A stretch of 64,000 nt of DNA from Lama guanicoe (GCA_013239625.1 MU056000.1:11235175-11299174); one strand, 5' to 3'; shown: positions 38,182-51,460, counted from the stretch's first letter. Notes: generated by a model from the letters alone, not told the origin. Translations and numbers: made by a program.

Positions 38182-38684
38182 TGTGGTTGGCAAAATGATG
38201 TCCTTCCAAAGATGGCCCTTATCCTAATTCCTGGAACCCATGAATATGTTAAGTTATATGGCAAAAGGGACCGTGCAGCTATGATTAAATTAAAGATCTT
38301 GAGATGGGAGATTATTCTGGGTTATCTGGATGGATCCAAGATAACAACAAGGGTTCTTATAAAAAAAGAAGCAAGAGGATCAGACTCTGAGAAGGAGATG
38401 TAACAACAAAAACAGAGAAGAAAAAAGGGATCATGACAGAAGCAGAGAAAAAGATTGAAGCGTTGGCTTTGAAGATAGAGGATGAGGCCATAAGCCAAAG
38501 AATGTAGGTGGCCTCTAGGCGCTAGGAAATGAATTCTCCCCCAGAGCTTCCAGATGAATGCAGACCTGCTGACACCTAGGTTTTAGGACTTTTGACCCCC
38601 AGAACTATAAGAGAATAAATTTGTGTTGTTTTGAGTCATTTAATTTACAGTAGTTTATTACAGTGGCAACAGAAAACTAACACA
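38182..38684 (+). mobile_element. MLT1D MaLR solo LTR
   Basis: TG...CA ends; 'cctaattcctggaacccatgaatatgtta', 'gagatgggagattattctgggttatc', 'ccagaactataagagaataaatttgtgttgtttt'. 5-bp TSD catat/gatat. Confidence 0.9.
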
Positions 38685-38719
38685 GATATTTTAAGGCTCC
38701 CACAATTAAAAGCAGAAAC

Positions 38720-38941
38720 CAGAGATTGGCAATCTTTTCTATAAAGGGCCAGATATTAAGTATTTTATGCTTTGTGGGCCATATGGTTTCTGTCACAATT
38801 ACTCAGCTCTGCCATGTAGCACGAAGGCAGCCAGAGACAATATGTAAATAAACGGACGTGGCTATGTTCCAATAAAACTTTATTTACAAAAATAGGCAAT
38901 AGACGGGATTTGGCCCATGGGCTGTAGCTTGCTGATATGTG
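38720..38941. mobile_element. MER58A (hAT-Charlie)
   Basis: 'ttttctataaagggccagat...tactcagctctgcca...gttccaataaaactttatttacaaaaa...gatttggccc'. Confidence 0.9.
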
Positions 38942-40027
38942 ATGTAAACCAATGCCTCATCATTGTTTATTGTTTTAATTTATACTTCATCCTATTCTGG
39001 AATCTGATTCCTATTTATATGTGCCACATGACCCACTGAACTAGATTCAGAGCATTCAGCAATAGATCTGGAGCTGTCTCTCCAATTAGAAGCATTAAGA
39101 TTTTATGTGTGAAGATGAAGGCCATTCTTAGCACTCTGTGGTTATCTTTAATTCCTCAGGACTTGCACATTGCAAGAATTGTATCCTAGAGGTGTAAATA
39201 AGAGTGCTAAATGACTCTGGCATGATTTGTTAAAGTGAGAAAACCATCCTGTATTTTCACAAAGCCTCCAGCATTTCTAATGCTGAGAATATGCACATCT
39301 CATGAAAATGTATTTTGTCAAGCACTGTCTACAGAGGATTAAACTGAACTGTAAAACCATGTTTTTGTGTACAGACTTTAGGATTGCTAATGCTCTTTTG
39401 TTTATAATTTCTCTCTGGGACATCTCTCTTGAGGCAAATGTTCCCTCAACAAAGGAGGTACTGGACACACAGTGTGATTTTTAGCCAAAGAAATTGCTGC
39501 ATGCAGGGATTCTTAATAGACTTGCGTTGTACTTCTCTTTCCTTTGTGAACCTGACCCCAAACATCTGTATAAATGTGGCAAGTTAAAACAGCCTGCTTA
39601 GACCTGGCTTGCCAAGTACAATTCTGTTTTCATCATGTTTATATCAGGATTACATGACATTGGCCCCCCTCCCGTGCCTGCTGGCTCCCTTCTTCTCTCT
39701 TCCTTGTTCATCTGCTGACCTTCAACCTTAACAGCTCATATCCAATCCTGCTCCGTCCCTGGTCAGGCCTTGCATCATCACTCCTTCCTCTGCAACTCCT
39801 CCTAACATCCTTCTGGTCTATATGTGGATTCGTTTATTCATGTCAGGTGAAGCTTTACTGTTACCATGATTTTTGCATACATACTACAAAATTATAGAGG
39901 CTCTTATTCAGAAATCAGCTTATCATTTTTATAGTTTATCAGTATAATATTTAATAAATATCTTTGGGCTATTGATGGCTAGATTTGTTTTTTTACTTAA
40001 TTTGACTCTTCTTTGGATTAAAAAAAA

Positions 40028-43000
40028 TACTTTACTTTGAGAACACTTTTAGGTTTACAACAAAATTGAAAGGAAGTTACAGAGAAATCCCATATATACC
40101 CCTGATCCCTCCAGATTTGTGGCTTATCAAATTATCAGCATCACTCACCAAAATGGTACATTTTTTACTAAGGATGAACCTACATTGACACATCATAATC
40201 ACCCAAAGTCCATAGTTTATTTTAGGATTCACTCTGGGTATGTGCATTCTGTGTGGGTGGACACATATATCATGACATATATCCATCAGTATAATCTCAG
40301 AGTATTTTCACTGCCCTACAAATCGTCTTTGCTCTGTCTGTTCCTCTCCACCTCCACATCAACACACATACACTCCTGGACACCACTGGTCTTTTTATTG
40401 TCTCCATAGTTTTGCTTTTGTTTATTTTGTTTTGTTTTTTGTCCTATAGTTAAAATCATAGCAGGTAATCTTTTTAGATTGACTTCTTTCACCTAGTCAT
40501 ATGCATTTAAGGTTACTTCATGTCTTTTCATGGCTTGATAGCTCATTTCTTTTTAGTGCTGAATAATATTCTTCTGTCTGAGTGTATCATGGTTTATTTA
40601 TATATTCACTTACTGAAGGACATCTTGGTTGCTTCCAAGTTTTGGCAATTACAGATAAATCAGCCAGAAATGTTCAGGTGCAGATTTTTGTGTAGACAAT
40701 AAGTTTTCAACTTCTTTGGGTAAATAACCAAGGATCACAATTTTGGGTTATATTGTAAGAGTAGGTTTATTGTGTAGGAAACTGCCAAATTATCTTCCAG
40801 AGTGGCTGTACCATTTTGCATTCCCACCAGCAGGGCATGAGAGTTCCTGTTGCTTCCTTCTTTGTCAGCATTTGGTGTTGTCGGTTTACTGGATTTTGAC
40901 CATTCTAGTAGGGGTGTAGTGCTAGCTCTTGTTATTTAAATTTGCATGTCCTTGATGATATATGATATGGAGCACCTTTTCATGAACTTTTTAACCACCT
41001 GTAGATCTTTTTGGTGAGGTGTTTGTTAAGGTCTTTCATCTTTTTTTAATTGGATTGTTTATTTTCTTATTACTGAGTTTTAAGAGTTCTTTGTATATTT
41101 GGGATGACAGCACTTTGTCAGATGTTCCTTTTGCAAATGTCTTCTCATTACCTTGATATTGCATTTTGCAGAGCAGAAGTTTTAAATTTTAACAGAATCC
41201 AGCTTATCAATTGTTTCTTTCTTGGATCATGCCTTTTATGTTGTATCTAAAGTCACTGCCATAAACAAGGTCATGCAGGTTTTCTTCTATGCTATCATCT
41301 CAGAGGTCTATAGTTTTGTGTTTACATTTAGGTCTATGATCCATTTAGACTTTATTTTTGTGAAGGATGTAATTTCTGTGTAGATTTTTTTTTTCATTAA
41401 GATGTCGTTGTTCCAGCCCTATTTGTTGAGCAGACGATCTTTGCTGCGTTGTATTACCTTTACTCCTTTGTCAAAGATTAGTTGACTCTATTTACAGGGA
41501 TCTATTTCTAGGCTGTCTATTCTGTTCCATTAATCTATTTGTCTGTTCTTTCAACAATACCACACTGTCTTGATTACTATAGCTTTAAGTTCAGTCTTGA
41601 AGTCAGGTGGCATTATTGTCCCAATTTTGTTCTTCAATATTGTATTGGCTGCTCTGGATATTTTGCCTTTCATATAAACTCTAGAGTCAGTTTGTTGATA
41701 TCACAAAATAAAACAACTTGCTGGGTTTTTTTTTATTGGAATTGCATTGAATCTATAGATCAAGTTGGAGAGAACTGACATCTTGGCAGTATTGAGCCTC
41801 TCTATCTGTAAATACAGAATATCTCTCCATTTATTTAGTTCTCTTTTGATTTCATTCATCAGCATTTTGTAATTTCCCTCACACAGATCTTGTCCGTTTT
41901 TTAGATTGATGCTTAAGTATTTCAATTTGGGAGATGCTAATTTAAATGGCATTGCATTTTTAATGTCAAATTCCACTTGGACATGATTGGTATATGAAAG
42001 CAATTGACCTTTGTATATTAATCTTGTATCCTACAACCTTGCTATAGTCACTTATTAATTCCAGGAGTTTTTTTGTTTATTTTTTCAAATTTTCTACATA
42101 GAGGATCACATCATTTGCGAACAAAGACAGTTTTAAATCTTCCTTCCCAATCTGTATATACCTTTTTTTTTACTTTTTCTTGCATTATTGCATTAGCAAG
42201 GACTTCCAATGTGATGTTGAAAATGAGTGGTGAGAGGAAACATCCTTGCTTTATACCTGATCTTAGTGGGAAAGGCTTAAGTTTCTCACTGTTAAGCGTG
42301 ATGATAGCTGTAGGTTTTTTTGTAGATAGTCATTATCAAGTTGAGAGAGCTTGCCTCTATTCCTGAGTTACTGAGAGTTTTTATTATGCATAGATGTTGG
42401 ATTTTGTCAGATCCTTTTTCTGCATCTATTAATTTGATTTTTTCCCTTTTTAGTCTATGATGGTTTACATTAATTTACTTTTGAATGCTGAACCAGTCTT
42501 GCATACCTGGGATAAATCTCACCTGGTCATGGTGTATACTTCTTTTTAATACACTTTTAGATTTGATTTGCTAATATTTTGTTGTGTATTTGTTGAGGAT
42601 TTTGCAACAATATTCATGAGATATAGTGGTCTGTAGTTTTCTTTCCTTGTAATGTCTTTGGCTAGTTTTGCTATTAGGGTAAGGCTGGTTTCACAGAATG
42701 AGTCAGAAAGTTTTCCTTCTGCTTCTATCTTTTGAAAGAGATTGTAGAATTGATGTCATTTCTTCCTAAAATATATGACAGAATTCACCAGAGAACTCAT
42801 CTGGGCCCAATGCTGTCTTTTTTGGAAGGTTATTAATTTTTGATTTAATTTCTTTAGTAGCTATTGGCCTATTTCAATTATCTCTTTCTTCTTGTGTGAG
42901 TTTTGACAGATTGTTCCTTCAAAGAAAATTGGTCTATTTCATCTAGTATACTGAATTATGGGCATAGAGTTGTTCATAGTATTCTTTTATTATGCTTTTA

Positions 43001-43330
43001 ATTTCCACAAGATCTGTAGTTGTAGTGATGTCCTCTCTTTCATTTCTAATGTTACTAATTTGTGTCCTCTCTCTCTTTTTTCTTTTCTCTTTCTTTTTTT
43101 TAATTTAATTTTATTTTTATTTTTATTTTTATTTTTATTTTTTTGGTAGCCTGACTAGAAGCTTATTGATCTATTCAAAGAATCAACTTTTGTCTTCACT
43201 GATTTTCTGTGTTGATTTCCTCTTTTTAATTTCATTGCTTTCTACTCTAATTCTTATTATTTCTTTCCTTCTGCTTACTTTGAATTTAATTTGTTTTTCT
43301 TTTTCTAGTTTCGTAAGGTGCAAACTTAGA
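40028..43330 (-). mobile_element. Old LINE-1 (L1MC1-like), ~3.3 kb, 3' UTR plus degraded ORF2
   Basis: Has the L1MC1 3'-end hallmark 'gatgaacctacattgacacatcataatcacccaaagtccatagttta'. ORF 41701..42003(-) encodes KYLSINL...NYKMLMNEIK...NLIYRFNAIPIK, an ORF2 remnant. Confidence 0.9.
43076..43144. repeat. T-rich (TTTTTA)n low-complexity expansion inside the old L1
   Basis: Directly visible. Confidence 0.8.
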
Positions 43331-45402
43331 TTTTTTTTAACATTTTTTATTGATTTATAATCATTTTACAATGTTGTGTCAAATTCCAGTGTAGAGCACA
43401 ATTTTTCAGTTATACATGAACATATATATATTCATTGTCACATTTTTTTCTCTGTGAGCTACCATAAGATCTTGTGTATATTTCCCTGTGCTATGCAGTA
43501 TAATCTTGTTTATCTATTCTACAGTTTTGAAATCCCATCTATTTCCTTCCCACCCTCCGCCCCCTTGGCAACCATAAATTTGTATTCTATGTCTATGAGT
43601 CTGTTTCTGTTTTGTATTTATGCTTTGTTTGTTTGTTTTTATTTATTTATTTTTTTAGATTCCACATATGAGCAATCTCATATGGTATTTTTCTTTCTCT
43701 TTCTGGCTTACTTCACTTAGAATGACATTCTCCAGGGACATCCATGTTGCTGCAGATGGCGTTATGTTGTTGGTTTTTCTGGCTGAGTAGTATTCCATTG
43801 TATAAATATACCATTTCTTCTTTATCCAGTCATCTGTTGATGGACATTTAGGCTGTTTCCATGTCTTGGCTACTGTAAATAGTGCTGCTATGAACATTGG
43901 GGTGCAGGTGTCTTTTTGAAGTAGGGTTCCTTCTGGATATATGCCCAGGAGCAGGATTCCTGGGTCATATGGTAAGTCTATTCCTAGTCTTTTGAGGAAT
44001 CTCCATACTGTTTTCCACAGTGGCTGCACCAAACTGCATTCCCACCAGCAGTGTAGGAGGGTTCCCTTTTCTCCACAGCCTCTCCAGCATTTGTCATTTG
44101 TGGATTTTTGAATGATGGCCATTCTGACTGGTGTGAGGTGATACCTCATTTTAGTTTTGATTTGCATTTCTCTGATAATTAGTGATATTGAGCATTTTTT
44201 CATGTGCCTATTGATCATTTGTATGTCTTCCTTGGAGAATTGCTTGTTTAGGTCTTCTGCCCATTTTTGGATTGGGTTGTTTGTTTCTTTTTTATTAAGT
44301 CGTATGAGCTGCTTATATATTCTGGAGATCAAGCCTTTGTCGGTTTCATTTGCAAAAATTTTTTTCCCGTTCCGTAGGTTGTCTTTTGTTTTGCTTATGG
44401 TTTCCTTTGCTGTGCAGAAGCTTGTAAGTTTCATTAGGTCCCATTTGTTTATTCTTGCTTTTATTTCTATTGCTTAAGTAGAATGTTCTAAAAGAAAATT
44501 TTTGAGATGTATGTCAGATAATGTTTTGCCTATATTTTCCTCTAGGAGGTTTATTGTATCTTGTCTTATGTTTAACTCTTTGATCCATTTTGAGTTGATT
44601 TTTGTGTATGGTGTAAGGGAGTATTCTAGCTTCATTGTTTTACATGCTGCTGTCCAGTTTTCCCAACACCATTTGCTGAAGAGACTGTCTTTATTCCATT
44701 GTATATTCTTGCCTCCTTTGTCAAAGATCAGTTGACCAAAAGTTTGTGGGTTCATTTCTGGGCTCTCTATTCTGTACCATTGGTCTATATGTCTGTTTTT
44801 GTACCAGTGCCATGCTGTCTTGATGACTGTAGCTCTATAGTATTGTCTGAAGTCTGGGAGAGTTATTCCTCCAGCCTCTTTCTTTCTCTTCAGTAATGCT
44901 TTGGCAATTCTAGGTCTTTGATGGTTCCATATAAATTTTATTATGATTTGTTCTAGTTCTGTGAAATATGTCCTGGCTAATTTGATAGAGATTGCATTAA
45001 ATCTGTAGATTACCTTGGGCAGTTTGACCATTTTAACAAAATTGATTCGTCCAGTCCAACAGCATGGGATATTTTTCCATTTTTTAAAGTCTTCTTTAAG
45101 TTCCTTCATCAGCGTTTTATAGTTTGCTGTATAATTCTTTCACCTCCTTGGTTAGATTTATTCCCAGAATTTTATTACTTTGGTGCTATTTTAAAGGGAA
45201 TTGTTTCTTTATTTTCTTTTTCTGTTGAGTCATTGTTAGTGTAAAGAAATGCAACTGATGTTTGAACGTTAATCTTGTAACCTGCTACCTTGCTGAATTC
45301 TTCGATCAGCTCTAGTAGTTTTTGTGTGGACCTTTTAGGGTTTTCTATATATAATAACATGTCGTTGGCATATAGTGACACTTTTACCTCTTCTTTTCCA
45401 AT
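43331..45402 (-). mobile_element. Relatively young camelid LINE-1, 5'-truncated (~2.07 kb)
   Basis: polyT and 3' UTR, then ORF2 from the RT catalytic region to the C-terminus. Long stretches remain open. Confidence 0.95.
43655..45400 (-). pseudogene. LINE-1 ORF2p remnant (RT C-terminal part and cysteine-rich domain), disrupted
   Basis: Peptides [36 protein letters not shown] and [18 protein letters not shown], ending [10 protein letters not shown]. In-frame stop at 44474-44476 and frameshifts around 45110-45180. Confidence 0.93.
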
Positions 45403-46149
45403 GATAATAACATTTAATTAATGTGTTAGAAGCAGAAAATAATTAGAATATATCCCTGAACATTTTTGATTTGAGCATAACTTCACCAAAAATATTGCAG
45501 ATGATTAAGGATTTTTGTTATCTTAAAGACTCACAGGGGAAAAAAAATTCCAGAGTTTCCTGACATGGATTGATTCTAGTTTAAATAATCTGCCATATAA
45601 GGCCTTACACATTTGCCAGGCCTCAGTGACTATACCGCTTGGTGTGGAGAGTTGTGTTTGGCAGTGCATTTCTGTTTTCTTTCCAGTTCCTAGGAACACC
45701 TGCTTCTTGTATTCTGTTGTCTTGTAGGTTTGATGACCACGCTGGTGGTCTAGTTTGATAGTTTATACTTTCAGCCACCCAGCAGGTATGAAAAGTAGAA
45801 TTCCACTGCAGTTTCATTACAGTTATTCTAAGGATGCTCATTTAAAATGATTAAGTGCCCGAGCACCTAACCATCCTTGTTTTAAATTCTTTTTGCCTCC
45901 ATTCCACTGAAAAAGTTACCATGATTTGTTCGTGAAGTAGATCTTCTGATGCTCAGAGGTATTGCAGACCAGCGGTCAGAACATTTGAATACTAAGAAAC
46001 TACACTGAAAGTACTTGCTCGGTCTCTTCCATATTGTACTGTTTGGATGAGTGAGAAAAGTTGAGTAAAATACAAACAATTGCATAAAAATAAATACAAG
46101 ACATTGCTCCACAGTACCACTTCTGATGTACACCTGCCAAGGATGCATC

Positions 46150-46566
46150 ACCTGAATATAAGTGTGAGAAAACAGACACACCCAAATGGAGGAATGTTAT
46201 TGAAAATAATTGACCTGGGCTCTAAAATATGCCAGTGTCATGTAAGTCAAAGTAACCTGGGGAGGTGTTCTAGATTAAAGGATCCTTGATAGATCCTGGA
46301 TTCAAAAATATAATAACAAAAGTTTCCCAGAGTGACAAGATCTGCAACTAAGTCTCAAGTAATTCAGAAAAAGAGGATGTGTATGTGTGTGTACACCTAT
46401 ACATACATGCATACATATATGCACATTATACTCATTTATTATACATATATGTAAAAGTAAATGAGAGAAAATGTGCAAATATAACAATTGGTGAATCTTG
46501 ACATACAGGCATTTGTTGTACTATTCTGCCAATTTTTCCATAAGTTTGACATTTTTCAAAATAAGT
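46150..46566 (+). mobile_element. Old LINE-1 3' UTR fragment (L1MC4/5- or L1ME-like)
   Basis: 'gttctagattaaagga', 'tccttgatagatcctgga', 'aacaattggtgaatct', 'ttgtactattct...taagtttgacatttttcaaaataa'. Confidence 0.65.
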
Positions 46567-47220
46567 TGGGGATAAAATAGACAACAAATCTCAAGGGGTC
46601 TTTTGTTTTGACATTAGTTAAGGTTCAGATAAACTAAAGTGGAAAATCATGAAGCTACTAAAATAAATAATCTGTTCTTATCTTTCATAATATTTGTATA
46701 TTTTAGTACTTAGAGGCAAAGTCAGTTGAAGACTAGCTAAGTAAATGTCTTCATATATATTTGACCCTTTAAGGGATGCCTTTAAATAAACAAACAAAAT
46801 AACAGCCAGGCATCCAGGCATTTTGATAATCACAAGTTTTTGATTTGGAGACATTTCCCAGTTTGAGAGTTATTGCTTTCAGCTGAAATAATAATGGGCT
46901 TTTCCTCTAAGGGAAAGATATGTAATGTTTAAAATAAGTATCATCAGTACAGTTCTGCAGTGTTGAGGAAACATAAATAACCTTCTTTTTTTTCCCCCTT
47001 TAAACATTCAGATCACCCGAACGTCTCATGAATGTGTATTGAGGGAGACAGAATTTCAGTTGACTGAGAAATAATTAAAAAAAAAAAACTGGTTACAAGA
47101 GGGCTTTGCTATCATTTTAAACATCACCAAAGCCCTTTTTATTTGTGGGCTTCACACAAGGATGAGCCCACACTTTTATTCAAGCAAGTTGGCTTCACTT
47201 TCCTACTGAAATCTGAATTT

Positions 47221-47418
47221 TTTTTCGAAAGGTACTTTTCAAATTGAAGTATAGTTGATTTGCAATGTTGTGTTAGTTTCTGGTGTACAGAATAGTGATT
47301 CAGTTATACACACATATGTATCTGTCTATATTCTTTTCATTTCTTTTTCATTATAGTTTATTACAAGTTATTGAATGTAGTTCCCTGTGCTGTATAGTAG
47401 GACCTTGTTGTTTGTCTA
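47221..47418 (-). mobile_element. Artiodactyl-type LINE-1 3' end with 14-bp TSD
   Basis: 'aattgaagtatagttgatttgcaatgttgtgttagtttctggtgtacag'. Flanks tgaaatctgaattt (47207-47220) and tgaaatctgcatct (47419-47432). Confidence 0.88.
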
Positions 47419-48877
47419 TGAAATCTGCATCTTGACTATTGAACACAATTTAGAATGGAACTCTAAGCTCAGAGAATACCATTAGTTACTTTCTAGGAAT
47501 TGACTTGAACCAGTGTTGTCCTGAACCATGGGATTGTCTTTGTGGTTCTCTCAAGGCTGGTTTGAAAAAGATGCACACATTTCTCCGGGGAACAGTCAAA
47601 GGTTTGAAGACATCTTTTTAGTGGGATTTCACACCTTTACTTTTTTTCTTATGAAAAAGCAAGTTCAGTCTTTGTTTCCTCAATCAGACATGATAAATCT
47701 TTTAGCAAGAAGATTAAATAGTTATTCTGTTGTCACTTTAAATTCTTCCTTTTTTTTTTTTGCTTTAACTGAAAAAATAGCCAGAGCAATAGTGAATATC
47801 ATTATTTGAGTAGCCGTGGTTTTTCTGACATTGTGCTAGACCAATGACTTACAATTCTGTGATACAAACACCACACGAGCCCTGTAGGACACAGGTTTTT
47901 GTATTCTTATTTTACAAAGAAGGAAAATTTTATAGCTAAGATAGTAGATGGTGGTTGGTCAAATAACAGTCTTGTTCTTACCACTACAATATAGTGCTTC
48001 CTGAAGATGAAGGATATTTATTTTCTTTTATTACATTATCCACTTAGAAATTGTGACAGCATATAGAAACAATCAAATTCATGCAAACCCTTTTAAGGTG
48101 GCAATTTTATTTTATTTTTCTCTACCAGCTAATCAATTAGGTCTTTTCTGAGTGTGTTTATCTTTCTAATGTCTTAACAAGGATGGACATTTGTTTGTTG
48201 ATCAAAATCTGTACCTAAAGGAAATATCAGACAATCTGTAGAAAGGATTAATGTGATGGTAGCTTGTCTTGATTGAGGCCACAGATCATGGGAGAATTCA
48301 GTCGAGTTCTCCAGGAGTCTCATTAGAAAGGAGAACAGCAATGGGAGATGAGTCACGTGAGACCAACTATTACCCATTCACTGATTCAGAAGTGCCCGGC
48401 AGGTGAGGAGCTGAATGTGTATTCAGATTCAGTAGTTACTGAATCTTGTTTGTTCAACAGACATCACTCGTTCTGTGCCAGGCATCAGGCTGTGTACTGA
48501 GGTCATTCAAGAGTCAGCACAATTGTCTGCAAGTCTACATTTACAATCTCTGTCGAGTTTCTAGGCTTAAAGTAGGATGTGAGAGATAAACCATAATACC
48601 AACACTAAACCTGTCATTTATTAGCAATATGACTATTAATTAGCATTATCTTCCAAGTGTAGTAAGCAAGAGCTCATATTATGGATGCCCCAGGACATTT
48701 TACTCAAAGACCTCCTTTGGCTCTTTCCTTGAAAACATTCAAGAGTCAGATGGAAGACATTCTGTTAGAAACTTCCATGTTTTAAAACTTTAAGGTTTGA
48801 TTGCATTTTCGTTGGATGGCTGAGTAAATGACTTAACTTTTCTCCATACTTAAAATGGCGTTATAAAACCACATTGT

Positions 48878-49188
48878 GCACTAATGTACTCATCTGCAAA
48901 ACAGAAACAGACTCGCATAGTAAACAACCTTATGTTCACCTGGGGAAAGAGGATGGGAAGGGATAAATTTGGGAGTTTGAGATTTGCAAATGTTGGCCAC
49001 TATATATAAAAATAGATTTAAAAAACATGTTTCTTCTGAATAGCACAGGGTACTATATTGAATATCTTGTAATAATCTTTAATGAAAAATAATATGGAAG
49101 TGAATATATGTATGTATATGCATGACTGGGACGTTGTGCTGTACACCAGAAATTGACACATTGTGACTGACTGTACTTCAATTAAAAG
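48878..49188 (+). mobile_element. Camelid-type LINE-1 3' UTR with perfect 13-bp TSD
   Basis: 'ctcatctgcaaaacagaaacagactc...gctgtacaccagaaattgacacattg...cttcaattaaaa'. aaaaccacattgt at 48865-48877 and 49189-49201, at an L1-endonuclease-like T|AAAA site. Confidence 0.93.
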
Positions 49189-49605
49189 AAAACCACATTG
49201 TTCCTGATGACGTGATCCATCTCTATGGTGGACCCTTTCAAGCACACATGTAGGTGGTAAATATTGGGAAACTATTTAATAATTTGTTACAGATTCGTAA
49301 TTTTAAATCGTTAAGTCTGATTTTGCACTTATGCCTAGCTAATTTTTCTCTCTTATTTAATAAGTTCAGCAGTCATCACTATCTGAAATGTGTTGGTCAA
49401 CGATTATGTTTTCTAATATGGCCCATTGTTTTGTACATTAAGCCATTAGCTTTGGCACCAGTGGCATCATCAGCTATCACCTGTTCTTAGCTGCTTCCTT
49501 TCAAACTGGCTTATTGGAAAGAGTATATATAATTATAGTATCAGTGCTTATAATAGGTTAATATGAATCTTGCCAGCTAAACTGACAGTTTCTCCTGCTT
49601 CTCTG

Positions 49606-49608
<3 letters not shown>

Positions 49609-49646
<38 letters not shown>
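49609..49646. repeat. (CA)19 microsatellite
   Basis: Perfect dinucleotide array. Confidence 0.97.
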
Positions 49647-49651
<5 letters not shown>

Positions 49652-51319
49652 GGGAGAGAAATGCCAAAATCCTAAAACCAGAATGAACTTGTTCTGGATC
49701 AAGCTGGATGTTTTCACAGTGCAAATAGTTTGTTAAATAAAGGCATTGATGAGTCAAGTGAGAAATATGTTTGAAAGTAATAATTTTTACGTATAGTATT
49801 TTTTCTTCCTCTGTTAAAGTTTATTCATGGTGCAACTTTCTCTGCAGAAGAATAATACCTGATTTTAATTCTGGAGTATTTTACTATTTAAAAAGATCTC
49901 ATCTTAGATTTCAGATGTATAATTTTGATTTTATGATAGAATATTTATGAGAGTTGTAACCATTGGATAGAAGAGGTTTGTATAATGCTCATTCACCACA
50001 CCTTTGAAGCTCAATATTTTATTTTATTATAAGGTTAGTTAAACTTTCATTTCATCTTCTGTTTAAAGATTGTGTTTATTTTGGATCTTCAAAGAATTGT
50101 TTTTCTGTGTGAAATCTACGCTGTTAAACAGAACAGCCTCTTTCTAAATTCCTTTAGGCATGTGATTTTAAGAGACCTGTGAATATTTAAAGTGATGAAA
50201 GAGTTCCAAAGCTATGGAGCTACAGGATCCATAAATAAGGTCACTCACAAAATCTACAAATACTTTGCCTGAAATCATAACAAACAAAGATCAAAACATA
50301 CAGGGAAAATTAGTCATTTTAGGCCTTACCTTGTTATTTGCATTTCAGGTAAAATTATTTATATTCTCTCTTTTCCCTCTTTTACTCCCTTCTCCTTTCT
50401 CCTCCCTCTGCGTCATCTTCGATGCTTCTCTCTCTGTTTACTCCCATGATAATACAAAAATAAATATTCCCCAGCTTACAAAAGAGAGTGAAGACCTTTT
50501 TGGACTCTCAGACCCAACTGGGCCAATTCTCAGCTCTTTTTTAGTTAAACTTTTCAAATATTTTATTTTTTCCCTTGTCTTTATTTCCTCACCTCCCATT
50601 TTTAAAGTCTTTTTTCTGAGTTGTGAGTATTGTTGTGATATTTTTCCCAGGCATATTTTCAGCCCAGATAAAGATACTTTTAAAGTAAGATTACATTATA
50701 CACTATTTTTTTTTGCTAGCCAGATCATTTTTGCTATTATAAAAATTGCAAGTATTGCCTAAATAATTGCATTTATTATGCACTTAGCATATTTCTTTCT
50801 TCTTAAGAAATATTTTGTTATGAAATATTTTAATAATACTTGTAATAGCAGGCTTTCAGAGTATAAATGGAGGTCTTCCTACCATTGGATAAATATTGAA
50901 CAGATATATGTCATGCTCATAAGGTCAGTCCTCCAATCTTGATAGACATTTCTTCATAACAGCCTGGAAGGCCATGTTTGGATTTAGAATTCTAGGATTT
51001 TTGGTGCCACATTCACACCCATACCTTATCCTACACCAACAGGAAACTTGCACATATACACTTAGACATCACAGTCTGCATGTCTAGACTCCACCCCCAA
51101 CCCCCACAAACAGTTGCTCTTGGCTATCCATCAAGCTTAGGGGTACACACAGCGATGGCACAGTCTGCTACTGGGCTTGGTCCAGGGACTAGATTGACAC
51201 TGTGCCTAGAACTGGGCCAAGGCCACTTGGGCAGGGCATGCCAGGGTCCTGGATATCTGAGTGTGGGCTAGCACAGGGTGCAGGCATCAGGTGGGCACAT
51301 TTCCTTGACTGGCTGACTT

Positions 51320-51460
51320 CTTGTACATATGCACCAGGATTTCATAGAATTGTTCTTAACAGCATTGTTAAAAAAAATCTGAAGACAACTCAGTTACGGG
51401 TTAACAGGGCATTGGATAACTTATGTTACATAATGGAATACTATAATGCAGTGAAAATAT
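51320..51460 (+). mobile_element. Ancient L1 (L1ME-like) fragment
   Basis: 'cagcattgt...tggataac...cataatggaatactataatgcagtgaaaat'. Confidence 0.5.

Noticed and set aside
50265..50762. 165-aa hydrophobic ORF as a membrane protein
   Set aside because: TTG start; F/L/S/I richness follows from T-rich DNA; no recognisable homology.
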